Shown here in pieces: positions 18,736-29,045 of a stretch of DNA of 64,000 nucleotides; the first letter of the stretch is position 1; each line of letters begins with the position of its first letter. The translations under genes and the position numbers were made by a program. The stretch spans positions 144,639-208,638 of the forward strand of contig CBDBBK010000002.1 of assembly GCA_965202655.1 (NCBI GenBank), written 5' to 3'. The notes beneath the pieces are model-generated. The model was not told where the DNA came from. It saw only the letters and a program-made list of their open reading frames with translations, and did not search any database. The DNA comes from Vicinamibacterales bacterium (GTDB lineage Bacteria; Acidobacteriota; Vicinamibacteria; Vicinamibacterales; UBA8438).

Positions 18736-20073
18736 ATGTTGCGAGGACGTTGCACTCCGCGTTTCGCACTGGCCGGCGCCGCCGCGCTTCTCGTCGCGGC
18801 GGTGGCCGCCGAGACCGTTCTCGGCCAGCGGGGCGGGGCTTTTCGGGGGCCGCGCGACCATCCCGCCATCCAGTACACCGACGGCCCCGTCGACAATGTC
18901 GTGGCCGATCTGAACGAGCGCCTCGAAGCGGGCGAGATCGAACTGCGCTGGGAAGGACGAAGCGGCTACCTGCGGTCCGCGCTCGCGGCGCTGGATCTGC
19001 CGATCGAATCGCAGTTGCTGGTCTTCTCGCCCACCAGCTTCCAGGCCGAGCACATCGACTTCGACAATCCCCGCGCGATGTACTTCGCCGACGAGGTGTC
19101 GCTGGGCTGGGTGCGCGGAGCGGACGTGCTCGAGATCGCCGCGTTCGACCGGCGGCAGGGAAGCGTCTTCTATACCCTCGCGCAGACGCCGGACGAGGAA
19201 CCCCGCTTCGAGCGGCGCGAGACCTGCCTGGCGTGCCACCTCTCGTGGGACACGCTCGGTGTTCCCGGGCTCCAGGCGATGAGCATGTTCCCCCTCCCGA
19301 AGGACCCGAACGCCTACGCGAGCGGCCACTTCGTCGACCACCGGAGCCGGCTCGAGGACCGGTGGGGCGGCTGGTACGTCACCGGCACGCACGGCGACTC
19401 GGCGCACATGGGGAACGTCGAGGTGGAGGACGTCGACGATCCGAATGCGACATTCGGCGTCGTGCCGCCGGTGATCGAATCCATGGAGGGCCGGTTCGAC
19501 CTCGAAGGCTTCCCGACCCCGTACAGCGACGTCGTGGCTCTCCTGGTGCTTGACCACCAGGTGCACATGACGAACCTGATCACGCGCGTCGGCTGGGAAG
19601 CGCGGCGGATCGCGCACCGGGAGGCGCATGTCGCCCCGGAGGACCGCGGCCGGTCCACCGACGACGGCCGCTTCCGGGAAATCGTCGACGAGGCGGCGGT
19701 CGAGCTGGTCGACTACCTGCTGTTCGTGGACGAGGCGCCGCTGCCCGCCGGCATCGCCGGCGCGTCCGGCTTCGCGGAGGCGTTCGCGGCCCGCGGCCCG
19801 CACGACAGCCAGGGGCGGACGCTCCGGGAGGTCGGCCTCGACGGCCGGCTGTTCCGATACCCGTGCAGCTACCTGATCTATACGGCCGCGTTCGACGCGT
19901 TGCCCGACTTCGCGCTCGAGGCGATCTACCGCAGGATGTGGGCCGTGCTGTCAGGCGAGATGACCGAATCTCCCTACGATCGCCTCAGCCTCGCCGACCG
20001 GCAGGCGATCGTGGAGATTCTCCGCGACACGAAGCCGGGCCTGCCGGACTACTTCACGCCGGTGACGCGGTAG
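18736..20073 (+). CDS. Exported protein with a single CxxCH heme motif
   Basis: Signal peptide, VFSPTSFQ, CLACH, RWGGWYVTG, FRYPCSYLIY. Confidence 0.75.
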   Translation: MLRGRCTPRFALAGAAALLVAAVAAETVLGQRGGAFRGPRDHPAIQYTDGPVDNVVADLNERLEAGEIELRWEGRSGYLRSALAALDLPIESQLLVFSPTSFQAEHIDFDNPRAMYFADEVSLGWVRGADVLEIAAFDRRQGSVFYTLAQTPDEEPRFERRETCLACHLSWDTLGVPGLQAMSMFPLPKDPNAYASGHFVDHRSRLEDRWGGWYVTGTHGDSAHMGNVEVEDVDDPNATFGVVPPVIESMEGRFDLEGFPTPYSDVVALLVLDHQVHMTNLITRVGWEARRIAHREAHVAPEDRGRSTDDGRFREIVDEAAVELVDYLLFVDEAPLPAGIAGASGFAEAFAARGPHDSQGRTLREVGLDGRLFRYPCSYLIYTAAFDALPDFALEAIYRRMWAVLSGEMTESPYDRLSLADRQAIVEILRDTKPGLPDYFTPVTR

Positions 20074-20116
20074 CGGACATCCTGCCGGCCCCGAGGCCGG
20101 CGCGCACCACGGATCG

Positions 20117-21481
20117 CTACACCGCGCCGTAGGCGACCAGCGCTTCCGCCACCTTGCGGAACCCCGCGATGTTCGCGCCCCGGACGTAATCGACGTGGCC
20201 GTCGTCGCCGGTCCCGTCGGCGCAGCACTTCTGGTGGATCCCCTTCATGATCTTCTGCAGTTGCGTATCCACCTCGTGGTGGTCCCACGAGATCCGGAGC
20301 GCATTCTGGCTCTGCTCCAGGCCCGATACGGCGACGCCGCCGGCGTTGGCCGCCTTTCCGGGGCCGAACAGGATCTTCCGGGCACGGAAGAGGTGGACGG
20401 CGTCCGGCGTGGACGGCATGTTGGCGCCCTCCGACACCGCGATGCAGCCGTTGTCGAGCAGCGCCGTCGCGTCGTCGCCGTCGAGTTCGTTCTGCGTCGC
20501 GCACGGCAGCGCGAGGTCGCACGGCACGCGCCACGGCCGCTGCCCCGCGTGATAGTCGCAGCCGAAGTGATCGGCGTACTCGCGGATCCGCCCGCGCCGC
20601 TTCTCCTTCAGGTCCTTCAGCCAGCAGAGCTTGTCGGCGTTGATGCCGTCCGGATCGTGGATGAAGCCGCCGGAGTCCGAGGCCACCACCACCGTCGCTC
20701 CCAGTTCGATCAGCTTCTCTATCGCGTAGAGGGCGACGTTGCCCGATCCGGAAACGACGGCAGTCTTTCCGCGCACCTCGGCGCTGCGCGTCGCGAGCAT
20801 GTTCTTGAGGAAGTAGACCGCGCCATAGCCGGTCGCCTCGGTCCGGACCCGGCTGCCGCCGAAGGCGAGTCCCTTGCCGGTCAGCACGCCGGTGAACCGG
20901 TTGGAGAGCCGCATGTACTGGCCGAAGAGGTAGCCGATCTCCCTCGCCCCGACGCCGATATCGCCCGCCGGCACGTCGGTGTCCTCGCCGATGTGCCGGT
21001 GCAGCTCGCGCATCATCGACTGACAGAAGCGCATCACTTCGCTGTCGCTCTTCCCGTGCGGGTTGAAGTTCGCGCCTCCCTTCGCTCCTCCCATCGGCAA
21101 GCCGGTCAGGCTGTTCTTCAGGATCTGTTCGAAGCCGAGGAACTTGAGCACGCTGCGGGTCACCGTCGGGTGGAAGCGCAGGCCGCCCTTGTAGGGGCCG
21201 ATCGCGTTGGAGAACTGCACGCGCCAGGCGCGGTCGGCGTGGATGTAGCCGTCGTCGCTCTGCCACGTGACGCGGAACGTGATGATCCGGTCCGGCTCGG
21301 TCAGCCGCTCCAGGATCTTCAGCCGTTCGTACTCCGGATGGTGCTGCTGGATGAACGGGATGACCGACTCGGCTACCTCCTGGACCGCCTGGTGGAACTC
21401 CGGCTCCGCCGGGTTGCGGCGGACGAGTCCCTGCATGAAGTTCTCAAGCGTGAGTGGTCTTGGTCGGTGCTGGATATGCAT
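20117..21481 (-). CDS. gdhA: NADP-specific glutamate dehydrogenase
   Basis: GPYKGGLRFHP, MGGAKGG, DVPAGDIGVG, GSGNVA, EGANMP. Confidence 0.95.
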   Translation of the reverse strand: MHIQHRPRPLTLENFMQGLVRRNPAEPEFHQAVQEVAESVIPFIQQHHPEYERLKILERLTEPDRIITFRVTWQSDDGYIHADRAWRVQFSNAIGPYKGGLRFHPTVTRSVLKFLGFEQILKNSLTGLPMGGAKGGANFNPHGKSDSEVMRFCQSMMRELHRHIGEDTDVPAGDIGVGAREIGYLFGQYMRLSNRFTGVLTGKGLAFGGSRVRTEATGYGAVYFLKNMLATRSAEVRGKTAVVSGSGNVALYAIEKLIELGATVVVASDSGGFIHDPDGINADKLCWLKDLKEKRRGRIREYADHFGCDYHAGQRPWRVPCDLALPCATQNELDGDDATALLDNGCIAVSEGANMPSTPDAVHLFRARKILFGPGKAANAGGVAVSGLEQSQNALRISWDHHEVDTQLQKIMKGIHQKCCADGTGDDGHVDYVRGANIAGFRKVAEALVAYGAV

Positions 21482-21536
21482 GGCTGCCCTTCAGGCGATG
21501 CATCGCCGATCGGAGGTGGCAGGGCTTCACGGCGGG

Positions 21537-22583
21537 TTACTTGGCCTCTCTCTTCAGCATAGCGGCGAGATCGCGTTTCTGTCCCGGCCGGCGGTCATCT
21601 CCGAGGGCCAGCATCCACATCGGGTAGGGAAGGGGCCGCGCGCTCACCTCGTCGAGCGACGTCAGCTCCTGGGCCGACAGTTTGAGGTCGACGGAGGCCA
21701 GGTTGTCGCGCAACTGATCCATCCGCTTCGCGCCGATGATGACGCTCGAGACGGCCGGCTTCGCCAGCAGCCAGGCGAGCGCCACCTGCGCCACCGACAC
21801 GCCGTGCGCTTCGGCGACCGCCGCCATCACGTCGAGGATGTCGAAGGTCTGGTCGCGGTCGACCGGCGGGAAGTCGAAGGCGGCGCGCCGCGCCTCGCGG
21901 TCGCGGGCGCCCGCGCGCGTGAACTTGCCGGTCAGGAAGCCTCCCGCGAGCGGACTCCAGACCAGCAGCGCGAGCCCCTGATCCTGAATCAGCGGGATGG
22001 TGTCGGTCTCCAGTTCGCGCCCCGCGAGCGAGTAGTACGACTGCGTCGCGCAGAACCGCTCGAGGCCGCGCCGCTCGGAGGCGCCGAGCGCCTTCATCAG
22101 TTCCCACGCCGGCAGGTTCGAGCAGCCGATGTAGCGAACCTTACCGGCGCGCACGAGATCGGAGAGCGCGCCGAGCGTCTCCTCGATGTCGGTGTCCGGG
22201 TCGCCCCGATGGATCTGGTAGAGGTCGATGTAGTCGGTGCCGAGCCGGCGCAGACTCGCTTCGCACGCCCGGATGATGTGGAGCCGCGACAGCCCCACCT
22301 GGTTGGCGCCCGGCCCCATCCGGCCGCGCACCTTGGTGGCGATGACGACCTCCTGCCGCTTGGACGCGAGCGCCTTCCCGAGAATCTCCTCGGAATCGCC
22401 GGTGGAGTAGACGTCCGCGGTGTCGAAGAAGTTGATCCCCGCGTCGATCGACGACCCGACCAGCGCGTCGGCGTCCCGCTGGCCCAGGGCGCCAATGATC
22501 TCCCACTCCGTTCCGAACGTCATCGCGCCCAGGCAGAGCTCCGACACGTAGACGCCCGTCCTTCCCAACTGTCGATAGTTCAT
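21537..22583 (-). CDS. Aldo/keto reductase
   Basis: FFDTADVY, SLRRLGTDYIDLYQIH, WSPLAGG. Confidence 0.93.
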   Translation of the reverse strand: MNYRQLGRTGVYVSELCLGAMTFGTEWEIIGALGQRDADALVGSSIDAGINFFDTADVYSTGDSEEILGKALASKRQEVVIATKVRGRMGPGANQVGLSRLHIIRACEASLRRLGTDYIDLYQIHRGDPDTDIEETLGALSDLVRAGKVRYIGCSNLPAWELMKALGASERRGLERFCATQSYYSLAGRELETDTIPLIQDQGLALLVWSPLAGGFLTGKFTRAGARDREARRAAFDFPPVDRDQTFDILDVMAAVAEAHGVSVAQVALAWLLAKPAVSSVIIGAKRMDQLRDNLASVDLKLSAQELTSLDEVSARPLPYPMWMLALGDDRRPGQKRDLAAMLKREAK

Positions 22584-22625
22584 GGCCCGCATTCTAGCCG
22601 TTGCAGATACACTGCAAGGTGGCGC

Positions 22626-22790
22626 ATGACGAGACGGGACAGGTTCGATCGCTTGTCCGGCGGGCAGTCCGGGCGGTCATGTCGGGACCGTTTGCTGGCC
22701 CTCGCCCGACGCTGTGCGCAGTTACCGGAACTGGATCCCAGGTCCGCTGAAGAGATAATCGGCTACGACGAACACGGCCTGCCCACCTGA
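22626..22790 (+). pseudogene. Truncated VapB-type (Rv0623-like) antitoxin, no toxin partner
   Basis: MTRRDRFDRL...LARRCAQLPELDPRSAEEIIGYDEHGLPT; upstream palindrome TTGCAG-ATACA-CTGCAA (22601-22617). Confidence 0.65.
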
Positions 22791-22802
22791 GGCCAAACCG
22801 CT

Positions 22803-23546
22803 TCAGCGAGCGTTCCACTGGGCGACCATCCAGTCGCCGGCGGCCTGGAGCGACGGCACGTAGCTGCCCATGTTGAAGTGGCCGACGCCCTCCAGGGGGG
22901 TGAAGGCGACCGGGTGGCCGGCCGCATCCAGTTGATGGAACGCGGCCTCTGCGGGCTCGAACGGGACCACTTCGTCGACGCGGCTGTGAATGATGTGGAT
23001 CGGCATGTCGCCGAACGCGTCGGGATCGAGGTCATTGGCCCGCCCCGCGATCGGAATGGCCCCGGTGAAGAAGTCGGCATGCTGCCCGGCGAAGAACCAG
23101 GTTCCGGCGCCGCCCAGGCTGAAGCCGGTCACCAGGACGCGCGTGCGGTCGATGTTGTAGTTGTCGACGACCTGCATGAGCAACGCCATCACGCCCCGGT
23201 CGGCGACCTCGGAGTTCCAGCGCCGGGTCGGGACATCCGGCGCGACCATCACGGCGCCGAGGCTGCGGAGCGCCGGCTCGAAGATGGTCTGCAGGTTCCG
23301 GCTGCCGTAGTAGGCGCCGGTGATGCCGCCCGGGTGCAGGGCGAGCACGAGCGGGCGCGGCTCGCCGTCCGGGTCATAGCCGTCGGGCAGGGAAAGGGCG
23401 TACGGCATCTCGCCGTGGCCGTCGATGGTGAAGACCAGGTGCTCCATGGAAGGACGTCCCCCTTGGGCCGCCAAGGGCGTAGCGGCAAGAAGCAGGAGTC
23501 CCGCAACCAGAGTCGCGCCGAATGCAATTCGCGTGTCCTGCATCAT
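22803..23546 (-). CDS. Exported alpha/beta hydrolase (esterase/peptidase)
   Basis: PLVLALH, TGFSLGG nucleophile elbow, DEVVP, GVGH. Confidence 0.85.
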   Translation of the reverse strand: MMQDTRIAFGATLVAGLLLLAATPLAAQGGRPSMEHLVFTIDGHGEMPYALSLPDGYDPDGEPRPLVLALHPGGITGAYYGSRNLQTIFEPALRSLGAVMVAPDVPTRRWNSEVADRGVMALLMQVVDNYNIDRTRVLVTGFSLGGAGTWFFAGQHADFFTGAIPIAGRANDLDPDAFGDMPIHIIHSRVDEVVPFEPAEAAFHQLDAAGHPVAFTPLEGVGHFNMGSYVPSLQAAGDWMVAQWNAR

Positions 23547-23738
23547 GTCGCTCCTTCGCCGGCATGATACTGCAACGTTCTGCGGCCCCGACTTCCGGCG
23601 CCGCCCGACCGGTCGGCCACGCACCTCGCCGAACGCGCTATACTCACATGACGCGCACACGGCGTTCCGGATCCCCTAACGGCGTCAGGCGCTCCGTGCC
23701 GCGGTACTGCTGGCGCACCCCTCGTCGTTGGCTGCATC

Positions 23739-25058
23739 ATGCCGAAACACGTACACGAGATCAGGGATCCGATCCATGTCTTTGTGCGCCTGGACAGCAC
23801 GGAGCGCGATGTCCTCGACTCCGCTCCCTTCCAGCGTCTGCGGCACATCCATCAACTGGCGCTCACTTACCTTGTTTACCCTGGTGCGACGCACCGTCGA
23901 TTCGAGCATTCCCTGGGCGTAATGGAACTGGCGACGCGGGTGTTTGACGTTGTTACCGCGCGCCCACACTTGACCGATGAGATCCAGGAACGCCTCGAGG
24001 CGCCGCGCGAGCAACTCGGCTACTGGCGACGCGTCCTTCGCATGGCCGCGCTTTGTCATGACCTCGGCCACCTTCCGTTCTCCCACGCGGCCGAGGAACT
24101 CTTGCCGGATGGGTGGAATCACGAACGTCTCACGCGTGCACTCATCGAGAGTGAACCGCTGCGGTCCATTTGGAACGCGATGACGCCACCTCTCAGATGC
24201 AACGATATTGTCAAGCTGGCAATCGGGCCCGGCGCAGCGAAGGACCTGACATTCTCGCCTTGGGAGACCATTCTGGCGGATATCATCGTCGGCGACGCGT
24301 TTGGCGTCGACCGGATGGACTATCTGCTTCGTGATTCGCACCACACCGGCGTTGCTTACGGCAAGTTCGATCATTATCGTCTCATCGATACGATTCGCAT
24401 TCTCCCGGTTCCTGACGATTCGGACGCGGGAACGGTTGGGGAACTCGCACTTGGCCTGGAGGAAGGCGGCAGACATTCCGCCGAAGCGCTTATGCTGGCG
24501 CGGTACTTTATGTACTCGCAGGTCTACTTTCATCCTGTTCGTCGAATCTATGACATACACTTGTTGGATTTCCTGCGAGATACCCTCGACGGCGGCACTT
24601 TCTCGATCGAGCTTCGGGAGCATCTCCGTAGCACCGACAACGAACTGACGGCAATGTTGCGGCAGGCAGCGGGTGATTCCCGCCGGCTGGGAAACGTCCA
24701 TGCGGATCGCATTGTCCACCGGAGACACTTCAAAGTCGTTTACCAGCGCAACCCAGCCGATGTGGCGATCAATCCAGAGGCGGGAGCGGCCGTTTGCAGA
24801 GCGCTGCGCGACAAGTACGGCGGCGATATGATCAGGCACGACCGTTCGCGGCCGAGGAGCGTGTCGCAGGATTTTCCTGTGGAACTCGGTGACGAAGTGG
24901 TCTCCTCGCTTGAAGTGTCGGAACTGCTGAAGGAAGTGCCGGTATGGTCGGTGGACAATGTATTTGCTGACGATTCGATCCTGAAGGACGCGAAGAATTG
25001 GGTGCGGGAGAACCGGGAGGATATCATTCGGCTTCCGGAGGAGGGCGACAGTGAATAG
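23739..25058 (+). CDS. HD-domain phosphohydrolase, SAMHD1/YwfO-like dNTPase
   Basis: IRDPIH, FQRLRHIHQL, HRRFEHSLG, LCHDLGH, DRMDYLLRDS, YSQVYFH. Confidence 0.9.
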   Translation: MPKHVHEIRDPIHVFVRLDSTERDVLDSAPFQRLRHIHQLALTYLVYPGATHRRFEHSLGVMELATRVFDVVTARPHLTDEIQERLEAPREQLGYWRRVLRMAALCHDLGHLPFSHAAEELLPDGWNHERLTRALIESEPLRSIWNAMTPPLRCNDIVKLAIGPGAAKDLTFSPWETILADIIVGDAFGVDRMDYLLRDSHHTGVAYGKFDHYRLIDTIRILPVPDDSDAGTVGELALGLEEGGRHSAEALMLARYFMYSQVYFHPVRRIYDIHLLDFLRDTLDGGTFSIELREHLRSTDNELTAMLRQAAGDSRRLGNVHADRIVHRRHFKVVYQRNPADVAINPEAGAAVCRALRDKYGGDMIRHDRSRPRSVSQDFPVELGDEVVSSLEVSELLKEVPVWSVDNVFADDSILKDAKNWVRENREDIIRLPEEGDSE

Positions 25059-25590
25059 ACTTGCGAGGGCGGCAGTACTCACGAGACTCGTGGAGGCCCT
25101 GCGGTGTCGGGGAAGTCGGTGTGGAGAGACCCACATTCAGAAGGCCGTGTATTTTCTCCAGGAATTGAGAAGCGTTCCGCTAGAGTTCGATTTTGTACTC
25201 TATAAATACGGCCCATACTCGTTCGACCTCAGGGATGAACTGATGAGTTTGCGGGCCGACGGGCTTGTCCAGTTGGCTTCCGGCGCCCGCATGGGTTCGA
25301 GGTTTGAAACGACGGACCGGACGCAGTACTTTCACAGTCGGTTCTCCAGGACTCTGGAGGCGCACGAAGCCAGCCTGGAGTTTGTCGCTGAGAAGGTTGA
25401 TAACAAGGGCGTGGCGGACTTGGAACGATATGCTACGGCTCTTCATGTGGTCAAGAGTGAGCCAACGCTACCCGAACAGGATCAAGTAGAAAGGTTGACG
25501 CTATACAAGCCGCACATTGCCGATGTTGCCGCAACGGAGGCGGTTAGGAAGGTCAAAGATTGGATAGCGGAGGCGACGGACGCACGGTAG
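25051..25590 (+). CDS. SocA/Panacea/YwgA-like protein
   Basis: [13 protein letters not shown]...[13 protein letters not shown] motif; overlaps the HD gene stop. Confidence 0.7.
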   Translation: MNRLARAAVLTRLVEALRCRGSRCGETHIQKAVYFLQELRSVPLEFDFVLYKYGPYSFDLRDELMSLRADGLVQLASGARMGSRFETTDRTQYFHSRFSRTLEAHEASLEFVAEKVDNKGVADLERYATALHVVKSEPTLPEQDQVERLTLYKPHIADVAATEAVRKVKDWIAEATDAR

Positions 25591-27278
25591 AGGTCCGAAC
25601 ACGGTTCGCACCCAGCCCGACGGGATACCTGCATATCGGCGGGGTGCGGACGGCGCTGTTCAACTGGCTCTTCGCGCGGCGCCACGGCGGGCGGTTCATT
25701 CTCCGGATCGACGACACCGACCGCGAGCGCAACGTCTCGGAGGCGCTGCAGCCGATCCTGGATGGCTTCCGCTGGCTGGGAATCGACTGGGACGAGGGGC
25801 CCGAGGTGGGCGGCCCGTGCGCGCCGTACTTCCAGTCGGAGCGGGGCGATCGTTACCGCGCCGCCGTCGACGCGCTGCTCGCGCGCGGCTGCGCCTACCG
25901 GGATTACGCGACCGCGAACGAGACGTCGGCGGAGCGCGACGCGGCGCAACGGGCCAAGCGACGCTTTATCTACAGCCGCCGCTGGATGGCAGAGACGGAC
26001 GCCGACGCGGCGCGCTTCGAGGCCGAGGGCCGCACCGCGGTGGTCCGCCTGAAGATGCCGCGCGAAGGCGCCTGCGCCTTCGACGATCTGGTCCGCGGTC
26101 CCGTCGCGTTCGACTGGGCGCTGGAGCAGGACCACGTGATTCAGCGGGCCGACGGCACGCCGCTCTATCACCTGGCGAGCGCGGTGGATGACCACGACGT
26201 CGACATCACGCACGTCATCCGCGCCGAGGAACACCTGTCGAACACGCCGCGGCAGATCTTCATCATGCAATCCCTAGGCTACGACCTGCCGCGCTATGCG
26301 CACGTCCCGTACGTGGCGGCGCCGGGCAGCAGCGAGAAGCTCAGCAAGCGGAAACTGGAGAAGTACCTCCGGCAGGATGACTTCCGGAAGGCGTACGAGC
26401 ATGCGTCGGGCATCATGGCGGCACTCGGCGAGACCGCGGACGGCGAGGCGTTCAACCCGGTGATGGTCGGCTTCTACCGTTCGGTCGGCTATCTCCCGGA
26501 CGCGCTGCTCAACTACCTGCTGCTCCTCGGCTGGTCGCTCGACGACCGGACCGAGGACTTCTCGCGCGACGCGATGATTGCGAACTTCTCGCTCGAGCGG
26601 GTCAACAAGTCGGCGGCCAGCTTCGATCCCCAGAAGCTGCTGGCGTTCCAGGAACGCCGCATGGCGCGCCTTTCCCTGGACGAGAAGGTCGACAGGGTGC
26701 GCCCCTACCTGACCGCGGCCCTCCGCGCGGGCGCCGGCGCGCCGGCGGGGGCGCCCCTGGCCACGCCGGCTCAAGGCGCGCCGCATTCCAGCCCGGCACT
26801 GGCGACCGCCGACCCTGCGCCCGCCGGCCGGCTCCGCGCCGTTGTCGCCGCCGCCGGCGACCGCCTGAAGGTGGCGGGCGACATCGTGAACTACACGGAG
26901 TTCTTTCTCGCCGACGATGCCTTTCCCTACGACCCGAAGGCGTTTGCGAAGCGCATCGCGAGGGACGGGGCCCCCGAGCTGCTCGCCCGGTTCCGGTCCG
27001 CCCTGGCCGGCGTCGACCCCTTCGCGGCGGCGACCGTCGAGGCCGCCCTGCACCGCTTCGTCGACGCCGAAGGCATCCGGATCGGCGGCATCATCCACGC
27101 CGTTCGCGTCGCCGTCACCGGCAAGGCGGTCGGCTTCGGCCTGTTCGAAGCGATGGCGATCCTGGGCCGCGAGTCCTGTCTCGCTAGAATTGATCGTGCG
27201 CTGGCCGCGGTGGCGGCCAGTTCGACCGCGCCGGACCCGGCCAGCCCAGGCCCGGCCGCGGCAGGACCGACATCGTGA
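25560..27278 (+). CDS. gltX: Glutamate--tRNA ligase
   Basis: [29 protein letters not shown]; TTG start with AGGAAGG RBS (start uncertain). Confidence 0.93.
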   Translation: MDSGGDGRTVEVRTRFAPSPTGYLHIGGVRTALFNWLFARRHGGRFILRIDDTDRERNVSEALQPILDGFRWLGIDWDEGPEVGGPCAPYFQSERGDRYRAAVDALLARGCAYRDYATANETSAERDAAQRAKRRFIYSRRWMAETDADAARFEAEGRTAVVRLKMPREGACAFDDLVRGPVAFDWALEQDHVIQRADGTPLYHLASAVDDHDVDITHVIRAEEHLSNTPRQIFIMQSLGYDLPRYAHVPYVAAPGSSEKLSKRKLEKYLRQDDFRKAYEHASGIMAALGETADGEAFNPVMVGFYRSVGYLPDALLNYLLLLGWSLDDRTEDFSRDAMIANFSLERVNKSAASFDPQKLLAFQERRMARLSLDEKVDRVRPYLTAALRAGAGAPAGAPLATPAQGAPHSSPALATADPAPAGRLRAVVAAAGDRLKVAGDIVNYTEFFLADDAFPYDPKAFAKRIARDGAPELLARFRSALAGVDPFAAATVEAALHRFVDAEGIRIGGIIHAVRVAVTGKAVGFGLFEAMAILGRESCLARIDRALAAVAASSTAPDPASPGPAAAGPTS

Positions 27279-28969
27279 CGACACCCGACGCCGCAACGCC
27301 CAGTCTCGACTTCATTCGCGAGATCGTCGCCGACGACAAGGCGCACGACCGCCGCCACGGTCGGGTCCACACGCGCTTTCCGCCGGAACCGAACGGCTAC
27401 CTCCACATCGGCCACGCCAAGGCGATCTGCCTCAACTTCGGCATCGCCGACGAGTACGACGGCCTGTGCAACCTCCGGATGGACGACACCAACCCGGAGA
27501 CCGAGAAGATCGAGTTCGTCCGCGCCATCGAGAAGGACGTCCGCTGGCTCGGTTTCGACTGGGAAGATCGTTCGTTCTATGCGTCGGACTACTTCGAGCA
27601 GCTCTACGAGTGCGCGGTGAACCTGATCCGGAAGGGGCTCGCCTACGTCGACGACCTGCCGGGCGATCAGGTGAGCGCCTACCGCGGCCGCTGGGACGAA
27701 CCGGGCCGCAACTCGCCCTATCGCGACCGTCCCGTCGAGGAGAACCTCGACTTGTTCACCCGCATGCGCGCCGGCGAGTTCGAGGACGGCGCCCGCACGC
27801 TCCGCGCGAAGATCGACATGGCGGCTCCCAACATGAACCTGCGCGATCCGACCATCTACCGCATCCGCCGCAGCCCGCACTACCGCTCCGGCGACGACTG
27901 GGTGATCTATCCGACCTACGACTTCACGCATCCGCTCTCCGACGCGTTCGAGCGGGTGACGCACTCGCTCTGCACGCTCGAGTTCGAGGACCATCGCCCG
28001 CTCTACGACTGGTACCTGCAGGCGCTCGACTTCGAGGATCCGCCTCGCCAGATCGAGTTCGCCCGGCTCAACCTGACCTACACCGTCCTCAGCAAGCGGA
28101 AGCTGCTGGAACTGGTCGAGGGCGGCCATGTCGCAGGCTGGGACGACCCGCGCATGCCGACGCTCACCGCGCTGCGCCGGCGCGGCTGCCCCCCCGCCGC
28201 CATCCGCGACTTCTGCAACCGGATTGGCATCGCGAAAGCGAACTCCGTCGTGCAGGTGGCCCAGCTCGAGGACGCCGTCCGGCAGGAGCTGAACCGCACC
28301 GCGACCCGCGTCATGGCGGTGCTGCGCCCGCTGAAGGTGGTGATCGAGAACTATCCGGAGGATCGCATCGAGCAGCTCGAGGCGGTCAACAACCCGGAGG
28401 ACGAGAGCGCCGGCACCCGCCCGGTTCCCTTCGGGCGCGAGCTCTGGATCGAGCGCAGCGACTTCATGGAGGATCCGCCGCGCAAGTTCTTCCGTCTCGC
28501 GCCGGGCCGCGAGGTCCGCCTGCGCTACGCCTATTTCCTGACCTGCCGCGACGTCGTCAAGGACGCCGACGGCAACGTCGTCGAGTTGCGCTGCACCTAC
28601 GACCCGGAGACGCGCGGCGGCTACGCGCCGGACGGCCGCAAGGTGCGCGGCACCATCCACTGGGTCTCCGCGCAGCACGCCGTCCGCGCCGAGGCGCGCC
28701 TCTACGACCACCTGTTCACGGCCGAGTATCCGGAGGATCTGCCGGAAGGCGCCAACTGGCTCGACGGCATCAACCCGGCGTCGCTCGAGACGCTCGACGC
28801 GTGCTACGTCGAGCCGGGCATCGCCGCCGCCCCCGCCGGGACCCGCTGCCAGTTCGAGCGTCTCGGCTACTTCTGCGTCGACCCCGACTCGACGCCGGCC
28901 CGTCCCGTCTTCAACCGCACCGTCACCCTGCGCGACACCTGGGCGAGAATCGCGAAGCGGCAGGCATAG
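27275..28969 (+). CDS. glnS: Glutamine--tRNA ligase
   Basis: [33 protein letters not shown]. Confidence 0.96.
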   Translation: MTTPDAATPSLDFIREIVADDKAHDRRHGRVHTRFPPEPNGYLHIGHAKAICLNFGIADEYDGLCNLRMDDTNPETEKIEFVRAIEKDVRWLGFDWEDRSFYASDYFEQLYECAVNLIRKGLAYVDDLPGDQVSAYRGRWDEPGRNSPYRDRPVEENLDLFTRMRAGEFEDGARTLRAKIDMAAPNMNLRDPTIYRIRRSPHYRSGDDWVIYPTYDFTHPLSDAFERVTHSLCTLEFEDHRPLYDWYLQALDFEDPPRQIEFARLNLTYTVLSKRKLLELVEGGHVAGWDDPRMPTLTALRRRGCPPAAIRDFCNRIGIAKANSVVQVAQLEDAVRQELNRTATRVMAVLRPLKVVIENYPEDRIEQLEAVNNPEDESAGTRPVPFGRELWIERSDFMEDPPRKFFRLAPGREVRLRYAYFLTCRDVVKDADGNVVELRCTYDPETRGGYAPDGRKVRGTIHWVSAQHAVRAEARLYDHLFTAEYPEDLPEGANWLDGINPASLETLDACYVEPGIAAAPAGTRCQFERLGYFCVDPDSTPARPVFNRTVTLRDTWARIAKRQA

Positions 28970-29045
28970 GAAAAGGCGGCGGGCGCGTAGTACGCTAGCC
29001 GGAGCCTGGACGCCCCTGGGGGGGCAGCCGCACAGGAGGCATCTT

